Positions 34,905 through 46,562 of a stretch of DNA of 64,000 bases are shown in pieces. The translations under genes were made by a program, and so were the position numbers. Under the pieces are notes generated by a model that was not told the origin of the DNA, did no database searches, and worked only from the letters and a program-made list of their open reading frames with translations. The DNA is from Malacoraja senta. Taxonomy: Eukaryota. Each line of letters begins with the position of its first letter. Within the stretch, counting starts at the first letter, position 1. The DNA lies in the NCBI GenBank assembly GCA_038087875.1, contig CM075994.1, positions 1,552,001-1,616,000 of the forward strand. Direction: 5' to 3'.

Positions 34905-36910
34905 AATAATAATTATTATCAATTTTATTTATGGGCGCCTTATACCAAAGTCTCAAGGACATCTTACAGAGTTTAACAAGTAAGAAACAAATAATCGGAG
35001 TAAAATAAATTATAAAGACATCACCAATACACAAATTAAAGACAGAATTCGATCCAAAGACACACAAAGAAAATAAAAATCAGAAACACAATGTGAAGAG
35101 AGAGCAGTGGCAGCTAAACCGCGCCAGCGTCCACTCTCCCTTCCGACCGCCATTTTGGACACAGACTAAAATAGACACTACATACAAAAATCATCCCCCC
35201 ACAATGGTTACCACTGTGGGGGAAGGCACAATGTCCAGTCCCCATCCCCAGTTCTCCCACAGTCAGGCCTATTGAGGCCTCCGCTATTGCCTCTACGGAG
35301 GCCCGATGTTCCTGGGCGTTCTCGCCGGGTGCCGTTGCCCCGGCGTCAGGAGAGTCCTCTCAGCGGCTGGGCCACCTGGAACGGCCGCTTCCATTGCCGT
35401 AGACCGCAGCTTCCGAAGCCGACAAGGCCGCGCCGGTTTTGAGCTCCCAGGCTCCCGATGTTGAAGTCGGCGCCGCCCGCTGCGCTCCGCAGGCCCGCAG
35501 CCCGGAGATGTTGAGCTCGGCGGTCACAGGCAAGGCAAGGCAAATTTATTTGTATAGCACCATTCGTGCAAACAGCAATTCAAGGTGCTTTACAGGAAAG
35601 AAAAAATAAAATAGTCAATAATTAAAAATGGCAAAATAAGCAATACGACAAAAGTATGAATAATAAAACAACGTCAATGAAGCAATAAAACAATTTTAAA
35701 AAGCACATAAAAGGGTTAAAATTAGACAGTTAAGATTACCTGCATGTCAGGTTATGTAAAAGCTCTAGTAAACAACAGTGTTTTAAGGCCTGATTTAAAT
35801 GCGCTTACAGTCTGTGCTCAGGTGTTCACGGAGCTTGTTCCACAGGTGTGGAGCATAAAAACCCAATGCTGCTTCAGCCTTTTTAGTTCTGACCCTGGGA
35901 ACACAGAGTAAACCTGTCCCTGAAGACCTGAGGAGTCTAGGCGCCTCATATACAACAAGTAGGTCAGAGATGTATTTTGGACCTAGACCATTCAGTGCCT
36001 TGTAGCTCAGTAACAGAATTTTAAAATCTATCCTCTTACACACAGGGAGCCAGTGCAAAGATTTAAGGACAGGTGTAATGTGGTCCATTTTCTTGGTGTT
36101 GGTCAAGACTCTGGCAGCGGCATTTTGGATAAGCTGCAGTTGTTTAATTGATTTTTTATTGAGACCTGTAAAGATACCATTACAATAATCTAACCTACTA
36201 AAAATATATGCATGAACAAGTTTTTCAGTGTCTTCTTTGGACAGCAATCCCTTGATTCTTGCAATATTTTTTAGATGGTAATAGGCAGATCTGGTAATGG
36301 TCTTTATATGGCTGTTAAAATTCAAATCCGAGTCCATAACTACACCAAGGTTTCTGGCTTTGTCTGTAGTTTTCAGTGCAATTGAGTCGAGTTGAGCACT
36401 CACCTCTAACCTTGTTTTTTTGGGACCAAAGACAATAATTTCTGTCTTATTTGCATTGAGCTGGAGGAAGTTCTGGTTGATCCACTCATTGATATGTTTG
36501 ACACATTGGCTCAGTGAGTGTAGGGGACTACACTCACTGAGCTCCAGCGCGTCGATCCAGCGCGGCGACCCAGGCAAGGCATCGCCTGCTCCACTCCGTG
36601 ATAGCGCTCCAGTGCTGTGCCGCCACCGAAGCTGAAGGTGCTGGGCGGTCCCCGCCAGGAAATGGCGCTCCACGCCCGCTGGTAGGCCACGAGGACGGGT
36701 CGACGGGGCAACCCGGAGAAAAAGCTGCCTCACCGACCAGGTAGGGACCTAGAAATAAGGTTACCCCCTTGCCCCTACATTAAAAGTCTAGTTCTCCTAC
36801 AGACAGCACACAAGACTAACTAAAACTACAAAAAAAAAGTGAATTAAATGGACGGCTGCTGATTAGCAGTGAACTGATTAGCAGCTGTTCACCAAGATGG
36901 CTCCTCCTCC
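34905..36910 (-). mobile_element. GC-rich non-autonomous element with an L2-like tail, split by an L2 insertion
   Basis: 36541-36910 and 35100-35529 are collinear with 12712-13200; the tail has AATAAA followed by (ATT)n on the minus strand. Confidence 0.65.
35530..36540 (-). mobile_element. 5'-truncated L2-clade LINE with an open RT C-terminus and a (CTTGC)n tail
   Basis: Encodes NFLQLNANKTE, ARNLGVVMD, SRLDYCN, LQLIQNAAAR and HITPVLKSLHWLPV. Confidence 0.88.
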
Positions 36911-38230
36911 GTTGTACCACCAGATTCAGGACCAGCTTCTTTCCTTCTGTTATCAGACTACTGAATGGTTCTCCCATAAGCAAGGGGTTAGTTCCGATCT
37001 CCAAATCTACCTCACTGCACCCCCTTGCACTTCTGCTTTTTCTATAATGCTGTAAAACTGGGCAGCACTGTGGTAGAGACGCGAGTCTATGGGTGTTGCC
37101 TGTGCGGAGTTTGTACGTTCACCCTGGGACTACGTGGGTTTTCTCCAGGTAATTTGGTTTCCTTCCACATTCCGAATACATGCAGGTTTTAAGGTTAATT
37201 AGTTCCTGTAAAAATTGTTCCTCGTGTATAGAATAGAATTAGTATGTGGCTGGTCGCTGGTCATACAGTGTGGAAACAGGATATTCGGCCCAACTTGCCC
37301 AGGTCAACCAACATGTCCCATCTATACTAGTCCCACCTGCCTGTATTTAGCACATATCCCACTAAACCTGTCCTATTCGTGTACCTGTCTATGTTTCTTA
37401 AACATTGTCTCAACTGCAGCAGTTGATGGCAGCACGGTGGCGTAGCGGTAGAATTACAGCCCCGGGTTCGATCCTGATTTATAGGTGCTGTATGTTTTTG
37501 TACCTTCTCCCTGTGACCTGCGTGGGTTTTCTCCCACACTCCAAAGACGTACAGGTTTGTAGGTTAATTGGCTTGGTATAAATGTAAATGTCCCTAGTGA
37601 GTGTAGGATAGTGCTAGTGCGCAGGGATTGCTGGTCGGTGCGGACTATGTGGGCCCAAGGGCCTGTTTCCACGCTGTATCTCTAAACTAAACTACCTTCT
37701 CTGGCAGCTCGCTCCATATACTCGCCAACTTTTGTGTAAAAAAAAGTTACCCCTCACCTTAAACCTATGGTTTTCCTACTGAACCTATGATTCCCCTACT
37801 CCAGGCAAAAGGCTGTGCATTTACCCAATCTATTCCTCTCATGATTTTGTGCACCTTTATAAGATCAGCCCTCAATCTCCTGCGCTCCAAGGAATATATT
37901 CCTAGCCTGCTCAACCTCTCCCTATAGCTCAGGCCCTCGATTCATGGCAACATCCTCGTAAATCGGCCGGTGCGGATTCGGTGGGCCACGCTGTATCTCT
38001 AAAACTAAACAGGTCCAGGCTCCCAAACTTTTCTCTGCACAGCTTGAAAAATAAATACTTAACTCGACCGTGAGGAAAAATAAAGTAGGGTTTGAATAAA
38101 AACTAATTCCAACTAAATAAAATCCTGTGATCTATTACAAATAATTGGAATAAAATTAATTTTGCTGCTCAAATCAACTTTATAAGATCATATAAAATTA
38201 CATTACTTTTATTCATAATCGGTGTCAGTA

Positions 38231-38613
38231 CAGCAAACCTTCGCTATAACAGACCATGGGGGGCGGGGGGGGGGGGGGAATGCTGCCGTTATTGCCGATT
38301 GCCCATATCACCGAGTCAGGGATTTGCTCCCCACACCGAGCTGACACGGGTGTTGTGCAGCAATGAAATGTTTTCAAGTACAAATTCATTAACACCTAAA
38401 AATGTTTTTTTGTTACTGCAAGCGACAAATACTAAAGGCTGTTTGTTACATTGTTTAAATAAATTAAGTGCGGTTGAAAGCGATTGCTTGCCAATTTCAA
38501 TGCCATGCCAATTTCAACAGCCTCACATTGCAACTAGCAGACTGTGTTCTTAACGATAGTCCGTTATAACTAAAATCCATTATAAAGAGGTGTATAATAA
38601 CGAAGGTTTAATG
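38231..38613. mobile_element. Tigger/pogo-like MITE
   Basis: Imperfect TIRs CAGCAAACCTTCGCTATAAC / ATAATAACGAAGGTTTAATG; flanking TA at 38229-38230 and 38614-38615; subterminal CCGTTAT repeats. Confidence 0.7.
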
Positions 38614-40804
38614 TATGTGCATCCAGTGACACCAATCAAAAATATTGTAAATCAACCACTTTCAATATAAAACTGTATCATTACTCCTGTGCCAACAGTG
38701 ATTTCCATTTATCTACATGTGTCTTTGGTAAAACATAAGCTTTGTGCTTTGATTAAAGTGACCTGATTTCAAAGGAATTCCTTGTGAATCACAGTGGGTG
38801 AAAGTCTTTGTGCCTCGGAGTTGTGTAGTCTGTAGGTTCTGCTGATCCCTACAGCTGTGATCCCACCACCAATGTTCTGTTCGAGTCCGTGCTGTGTGTT
38901 TGTGAAGTCAATCTTCTTGTGATCTCAGTAATAGCTTGATGTCAGTCGGCTTCCTCCACACTCCTGACCATTGGTCGCCCGGGGTGGGGGGAGGAGGGTC
39001 GATGGGAGGGGGGAATCTCCCTGTATGTTTGCTCCTGGGGCTGGCCAAGATGACCCAGGCATCGGACAGTCGAGGGTCCGGTCCATGTCGACTGCCTGCC
39101 CCTCTTTCCAGGCATTACGTCCGTGCCCTCGATTCCCCGGAGAAGGAAGACATGGTGTCCACGGGTACTTTGGAGGCTTCCGTGAATGCTGGTCGCTGCG
39201 GGAGGTTGTGGACATGACTTTCAATGTTGTAATTTGATAGAGTCATACAGCAAAGAAACAGGTCCTTCAGCACAACTTGCCCACACCGTCCACGATGCCC
39301 CATCTACACTAATCCCACCTGCCTGCATTTAGCCTATATCCCAGCCCACAGTACAGGTTGATGTTTGCAAACTGCACAAACCAGCGCTCAGGCCGATTCT
39401 TCCCCCTCCTGCTAAATCCAAGGGTAGATAAACCAGTCATCTAACTCACTGCCCTGTCAACAAAGCCCTGCAAATTGGTTGCTGCATTCCACCGCGTTAC
39501 AGCAGCAACAATTCTCTGGACGTGGTTGTAAAGTGCTCGGGTCTTCCTGAGGTCAAGAACGGTGATTCATAAATTCAGTGCTGGAGTAACTCAGCAGGTT
39601 GGGCAACATCTCTGGAGAATAGTCTATGGACTCCACCTTTCCCGAGGTCAACAATGGGTCATTAGCTCCACCCTTTCTGAGGTCATCTGTTGCCGGCACT
39701 GATTTGTTCTGGTCTTTCCTCACCTCCATTTTTTTTCACCGCCCCATCATCTCTATCAGTCTGAAGAAGGGTCCCGATCCAAAACGTCACCTATTCCTTT
39801 TCTCCAGGGATGCTGTCTGACTCACTGAGTTACTCCAGCAGTCTGTCTCTGGTGAATATGGATAGGGGAAGTTTAGTGTCAGGTTCTTCCATCTTGTCCA
39901 CCCTTCTTGAGCCTGAAGCAGGAGCCAATGTCCTCAATGAGGTAGAGGTGAATCATACATTACCTCAGCTTATAGAAGGACTATTCAGAAGCCTAATAAC
40001 AGAGGGGAAGAAGCTGTTCCTGAGTCCGGTGGTGCGCGCTTTCAAGCTTCTGTGTATTCTGCCTGAGGGGAGCGGAGAGAAGGAGTGACCGGGGTGGGAC
40101 AAGTCTTTGATTTTGTTTAAGAAGGAACTGCAGATGCTGGAAAATCGAAGGTACACAAAAATGCTGGAGAAACTCAGCGGGTGCAGCAGCATCTATGAAG
40201 AAGGGTTTTGGCGCGAAACGTTGCCTATTTCCTTCGCTCCATAGATGCTGCTGCACCCGCTGAGTTTCTCCAGCATTTTTGTGTATCTTTGATTATGTTG
40301 GCTGCTTTACTGAGGCAGCGTGGAGTGTAAATGGAGTCGATGGTGGGGAGTCTGGTCTGTGTGAAAGGTCCCTGTCCATCGCAACCATATCAAGCTGCTG
40401 CAATACTGTGTGCTGCACTGCAGGAAAGATGCATCTGTGCAGCAGAGTGTGCAGGGGAGATTCACCCAGTCTGAAGAAGCGACTCGACCCGAAACGTCAC
40501 CTATTCATGTTCTCCAGAGATGCTGCCTGAGCCGCTGAGTTACTCCAGCACTTTGTGCCCTTTTCCTTTTGAAAACCAGCATCTGCTGTTCCTTGCATCC
40601 TTCATAAATAATGTGGGGTTTTGCAATCTCAGAAACCTCCGGTGTCTCTGGATCCCACAGTCAGGCTGGGGATTGACCTGCTGCTGGCTTGGAAGAGAAG
40701 ATTGGATTTGTTGCTGTCATTGTGTCCAATATACGTTGATTTTTTTAAATTAAAAAATGCAAGCTGCTATTTCCCTGAACTCTTCCGCCATGACTCGCCA
40801 GGAT

Positions 40805-40974
40805 CTACAAGTGCAGGAACCCGGCGAGAATCGAGAAGAGAGGCAATGCGAAGTGCAGGTTCATGGTGGGGTGTGTGCCGCTGCTTTGCGTGAACAAGAT
40901 CCGTCCTTCAACCGCAGGGTAAACCAGTTGCATCTGCTTGATGTAAGCCGAGACCACCGATATATCCGTGCTGC
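40805..40974 (-). CDS. NT5E: Ecto-5'-nucleotidase exon 9 (terminal exon, GPI-anchor signal)
   Basis: ctag|GC AGC ACG GAT; reads STDISVVSAYIKQMQLVYPAVEGRILFTQSSG, then a hydrophobic tail and TAG. Confidence 0.93.
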
Positions 40975-41556
40975 CTAGAATGGCCACAAAATTAAAACAC
41001 CCGTTAAAATCGGCATTCACCAAGGTCCTGAGAAGGTTAATGGGAATAATCCCGGGGATAAGAGTGTTTGACGGCTCTGGGCCTGTACTCGCTGGAGTTT
41101 AGAAGGGTGGTAGAGCTGCTGCATTTAGTTTAGTTTAGTTTCGAGATACTGCGCAGAAACAGGCCTCTCGGCCCACTGAGCCCGCATCGACCAGTGATCC
41201 CCATACACTGCACGCTAAGGACGATTTACAATTTTTACCAAGCCAAATTTGGTAATTGTAAAATTGTCCCGAGAGTGTAGGATAGTGCTAGTGTATGGGG
41301 ATCGCTGGTCGGCGTGGGCTTGGTGAGCCGAAGGGCATGTTTCCACGCTGTATCTCTAAACTAAACTAAGGTAAGATGAGGGGGGGATGTAATTGAAACT
41401 TATTGAATAGTGAAAGGCCTAGCTAGAGTGGATGTGGTGAGGATGTTTCCACTAGTGGGAGAGTCTAGGACCGGACCAGAGGCCATAGCCTCTGAATAAA
41501 CGGACATACCTTTAGAAAGATGGAGGAATTTCTTTAGCAAGACGGTGGCAAATTGA

Positions 41557-42408
41557 AACATAGACAATAGGTGCCGGAGTAGGCTATTCGGTCCTTCGAA
41601 CCAGCACTGCCATTCAATATGATCATGGCTGATCATCCAAAGTCAGTACCCCGTTCCTGCCTTCCCCCCCCCCCATCCCTTGATTCCATTAGCCCTAAGA
41701 GCTATATCTCTCTTGAAAACACTGTGGCAGAGAATTCCACAGATTCACAACTCTCTGGGTGAAAAAGTTTTTCCTCATCTCAGTTCTAAATGTCCTACCC
41801 TTTATTCTTAAACTGTGACCCCTGGTTCTGGACTCCCCAACATCAGGGAATTTTTTCCCTGCATCTAGCCTGTCCAATCCCTTTAGAATTTGATATGTTT
41901 CTATAAGATACCCTCTCATCCTTCTAAACACCAAGCCCAGTTTACCCATTCTTTTATCATATGTCAGTCCCGCCATCCTAGGAATTAACCTGGTGAACCT
42001 ACACTGCACTCCCTCAATAGCAAGAATCTTCTTCCTCAAATAAGGAGACCAAAACTGCACACAATACTCCAAGTGCGGTCTCACCAGGGCCCTGTACAAC
42101 TGCAGTAGGACCTCCTTGCTCCTCTACTCAAATCCTCTCGCTATGAAGGCCAACATGCAATTTGCTTTCTTCACTGCCTGCTGTACCTGCATGCATACTT
42201 TCAGTGACTGATGGACAGGGACACCCAGGTCTCGTTGCACCTCCCCTTTTCCTAATCTGACATCATTCATTTAATAATTTGCCTTCTTGTTGTTGCCACC
42301 AAAGAGGATAACCTCACATTTATCCACATTATACTGCATCTGCCATACATCTGCCCACTCACCCAACCTTTCCAAGTCACCCTGCAGCCTCATAGCATTC
42401 TCCTCACA
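41557..42408 (-). mobile_element. CR1 LINE 3' fragment in NT5E intron 8
   Basis: YRALVRPHLEYCVQFWSP motif and a CR1 3' UTR. Confidence 0.88.
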
Positions 42409-42634
42409 CTGAATCTGTGGAGGCCGTCAATGGATATTTTTAAGGCGCAGATTGACAAATTCTTGATTAGTACGGGTGTCAAGGGTTAAAGGGAGAAGGC
42501 AGGAGAATGAGGTTGCGAGTGAAAGATAGATCAGCCATGATTGAATGGTGGAGTAGACGATGGGCCGAATGGCCTAATTCTGTTCCTAGAAGATATGAAC
42601 TCGTCAGCAAGATTGGCTGGAAATATTTGGTTAC

Positions 42635-42835
42635 CTGTGTCGTGTTTCAACTTCTCGTTTTTCAGCATTGAGAATCCATCTCCCCCGTTGGCGATGTAGG
42701 AACTGGTAACGATTTTATAGACCTGGCTATCGATGAGAGGTTTGTACTCAGGCATTCGGCAATTCGCACACAACACGTCCAACTTGACCACCCGGCTCCC
42801 TGGAGGTCTTGTCACATCAAACTTCACATGGACAC
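42635..42835 (-). CDS. NT5E: Ecto-5'-nucleotidase exon 8
   Basis: aag|GT...ACAG|gtaacc; 201 nt; VHVKFDVTRPPGSRVVKLDVLCANCRMP..ANGGDGFSML..HDT. Confidence 0.95.
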
Positions 42836-44497
42836 CTTGGGAATGCAGCAGGCCAGTCAGTCGCAGAGCCAGACGATGCAGGGACAGGCCCTTCAGCCCA
42901 TCATCTCATCCCCTCTCCCACTCCCATCAGGCGAGAGGTACAAAAGCTTGAAAGCGCGTATTTCCAGATTTAAGGACAAGTAGCGCAGCGGTAGAGTTGC
43001 TGCCTCACAGCGCCAGAGACCCAGGTTCGATCCTGACTACGGATGCTGTCTGTATGGAGTTTGTAAGTCCCCCCCCCCCCCCCGTGACCTACATGGGTTT
43101 TCTCCGAGTTACGGTTTACACCCACACTCCAAAAACATACAGGTTTGTCAGTTAATTGGCTTGGTGTCATTGTATAGTGTCCCTAGTGTGTAAGATAGTG
43201 TACGTGTACAGGGATTGCTGGTCGGCTCGGACTCTGGGCCGAAGGGCCTATTTCCGCGCTGTATCTCTAAACTAAAGACAGCTTCTTCCCCTCTTTTATC
43301 ATACTACTGAATCCTCCCATGAGCTAGGATGTGGTCCTAATCATCCAACCTACCTTATTGGGGACCTTGCACTTTAAATAAATATTGCATTTTTCTGTTA
43401 TGGTATTGCTATCACCGGGGGTACAGTGAAGAGCTTTCTGTTGCGTGCCACCCAGTCAGTTAACGCCACGATTGCATGATCTGATTGGAAAGGTGTGCAA
43501 ACAGGTTTTGCTTTGGGAAGAAGGTACAGGAGCTTGAAAAACATGACCACCAGGTTCCAGAACAGCTTCTTCCCACCAACCTTCAGGCTCTTGAACACAA
43601 CACAAAACTAATCCAGTAAAGTCAGATTAAAGATAGTCTGGGGGGTCTCCAATGAGGTTGATGGAAGGTCAGGACCGCTTTCTTATCACCAACTAGAGAG
43701 CGGTCCTAACCTACCATCTATCTCATTGGAGACGCTCGGACTATCCTTCATTGGATTTTATCTTGCAGTAAACGCTATTCCCTTTATCCTGTATCTGTGG
43801 ACTGTGGACGCCTTGATTGTAATCATGTATAGTCTTTCCGCTGACTGGATAGTAAGCAACAAAAAAACTTTTCACTGTACCTCGGAATACGTGACAATAA
43901 ACTAAGCTAAAGTACCTCGGCAACTACCATCTACTATGGACTGTGTTTCGGTTGCATTATGAACTTTGGTTTTGCACTGCTATGGACTGCTTCCCTGGTA
44001 ATAATGATTATTAGTTTATTGTATCACAGATTATTGTATAAAATCATGAGAGGAATAGATCGGGTAAATGCACAGAGTCTCTTACCAGAATAGGGAAATC
44101 GAGAACCAGACGACATAGTTTTAAGGTGAGGGGGGAAAGATTTAATAGGAACTTGAGGGGTAACATTTTCACACAAAGGGTGGTGGGAGTATGGAACGAG
44201 CTGCTGGAGGAGGCTGGGTCTATCGCGACGTTTAAGAAACATTTGGACTGGTGCATGGATTAGGACAGGTTTAGATGGATATGGGCCAAACACAGGCAGG
44301 TGGGACTAGTGTAGAGTGGGCATATTGGTCGGTGTGGGCGAGTTGGGCTGAAGGGCTTGTTTCCATGCTGTGCGACTCTAGTGCAGATGGGGCATGTTGG
44401 TCGGTGGGGGCGAGTTGGGCTGAAGGGCTTGTTTCCATGCTGTGTGACTCTGATTCTCTAGGCTGAGGCATACTGTGCCACCACTGACGGTCCTTAC

Positions 44498-44647
44498 CTG
44501 AGACCTGCAGGAACTCGCCGGTGATCGCCCCATAGCGCCGGACCGAGTGCTCGAATGTCGCTCGGAGAGTGGATCCCCGGACCTGCAGCAGGTCCACGGT
44601 GCCGCCGAACGGTAAAACCGTCAGCAGGTTCTGCACCAGGATCGTCC
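44498..44647 (-). CDS. NT5E: Ecto-5'-nucleotidase exon 7
   Basis: cag|GG...TCAG|gtaagg; 150 nt; TILVQNLLTVLPFGGTVDL..FEHSVRRYG..GEFLQVS. Confidence 0.95.
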
Positions 44648-44691
44648 CTGCATGGAGCGAACCAAACACACGTGTGTTACACCAACCCTGG

Positions 44692-44845
44692 CCCACCTCT
44701 CCACTCCCACCCCCACCCCCACCTCTCCACTCCCACCCCACCCCCCACCACTCCACTCCCACCCCCACCTCTCCACTCCCACCTCTCCACTCCCACCTCT
44801 CCACTCCCACCTCTCCACTCCCACCTCTCCACTCCCACCTCTCCC
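44692..44845. repeat. 14-bp minisatellite (CCACCTCTCCACTC)n
   Basis: Direct tandem copies, G-rich on the NT5E sense strand. Confidence 0.9.
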
Positions 44846-45039
44846 ATAGAGAATTGTCACCCTTCTGAGAGGAGCCAAGTTGTCTCCCGGCATGAACATT
44901 GTGGGCTGGAGGGTGAGGGAGATTACCAAATGTGGAATCAAGGAGATCACAAAGAGTGGTGGACACTGCCCAGTCCATCACGGGTTCCGACCTCCCCACC
45001 ATCAAAGAGATCTACAGTTCAACAGAATTCAACAAAGGG

Positions 45040-46070
45040 GTTAATTAGGTGGGGGGGGAAATAGAGCATGAATGAAATCTTGCAGGGAATATAAAAACTG
45101 ACTGTAAAAGCTTCTTTAGATATGTGAAGAGGAAAAGATTAGTGATGACAAATGTAGGTCCCTTATACAGTCAGAGACAGGTGAATTTATAATGGGGAAC
45201 AAGGAAATGGCAGACCAGTTAAATTACTTTGGATCTGTTTCACTAAGGAAGACACAAACGATCTCCCATAAATACCAAGGTACCGAGGATCTAGTGGGGG
45301 GGGGGGGAAGGAGGAACTGAAGGGAATCCACATTAGTCAAGAAATGGTGTTGGGTAAACTGTTGGGACCAAAGACAGATAAATCCCCAGGGTCTGATGGT
45401 CTGCATCCCAGAGCTCTCAAGGAGGTGGCCCAAGAAATCGTGGATGCATTGGTGATCATTTTCCAATGTTCTCTCGACCCTGGATCAGTTCCTGTGGACT
45501 GAAGGGTAGCTAATGTAACCCCACTTTTTAAGAAAGGAGGGAGAGAGAAAACGGGGAATTATAGACCAGTTAGCCTGACATCGGTAGTGGGGAAGATGCT
45601 GGAGTCGATTATTAAAGATGTTATAGCAGCGCATTTGGAAAGCAGTGATAGGATCGGTCAAAGTCAGCATGGATTTATGAAGGGAAAATCATGCTCGACT
45701 AATCTTCTGGAATTTTTTTAAGGATGTAACAAGTAGAATGGATAAGGGAGAGCCAGTAGATGTGGTATATCTGGACTTTCAAAAAGCCTTTGACAAGGTC
45801 CCACTCAAGAGATTAATGTGCAAAATTAGAGCACATGGTATTGGGGGTAGGGAATTGACATGGATAGAAAACTGGTTGGCAGACAGGAAGCAAAGAGTAG
45901 GAATTAACGGGTCCTTTTCAGAATGGCAGGCAGTGACTAGTGGTGTGCCGCAAGGCTCAGTGCTGGGACCCCAGTTATTTACAATATTTATTGACGATTT
46001 AGACGAGGGAATTAAACGTACCATGGCAGATGCTGTATAATGTGGATTAATGTGAGGTTATCCACTTTTG
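45040..46070 (+). mobile_element. Degenerate CR1 RT fragment in NT5E intron 6
   Basis: [11 protein letters not shown] and [10 protein letters not shown] motifs, with frameshifts. Confidence 0.88.
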
Positions 46071-46256
46071 CTCTATTATGGTCTGATTACCTGCTATTAC
46101 TGAGAATTAATTTATCATTCCGAATGATTGCACATTTATCTATATGATATTATGTTAATGGGCCTATCAAGCAGCAACAAGAAAATATTTAATCGTTCAG
46201 ATGGCAGTAAATATGACACAAAGCACTCTTGACCCTTGACTACCTTGTGCTTTATA

Positions 46257-46562
46257 GGGCAGCACAGTGGTGCAGCGGTAGAGTTGCTGCCTTACAGCGC
46301 CAGAGACCCTGGTTCAATCCTGACTGCGGGTGCTGCCTGTATGGAGTTTGTACCTTCTCCCTGTGACCACGTGGGTTTTCTCCGGGTGCTCCAGTTTTCT
46401 CCCACACTCCAAAGACGTACAGGTTTGTAGGTTAATTGGCTTCAGTAAAATAGTAAATAGTCCCTAGTGTGTAAGATAGCGCTTGTGTATGGGTGATCGC
46501 TGGTCGGCGCGGACTCGATGGTCTGAAGCGCCTGTTTCCGCATTGTATCTCTAAAGTCTAAA
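46257..46562 (+). mobile_element. Full-length tRNA-derived SINE (HE1/V-SINE-like)
   Basis: A box TGGTGCAGCGG, B box GGTTCAATCC, V-domain, and tail TGTATCTCTAAAGTCTAAA. Confidence 0.82.

Noticed and set aside
35795..36733. 312-aa chimeric ORF as a novel fusion gene
   Set aside because: It is a chance in-frame junction between the GC-rich element and a 5'-truncated L2 RT fragment lacking the catalytic YADD motif.
38925..39303. GC-rich overlapping ORFs as a small gene
   Set aside because: No recognisable domain or convincing splice structure; may be NT5E 3' flank or an old repeat.
46257..46330. tRNA gene
   Set aside because: The A/B boxes belong to a SINE head that continues into the V-domain and LINE-like tail; no full cloverleaf was seen.
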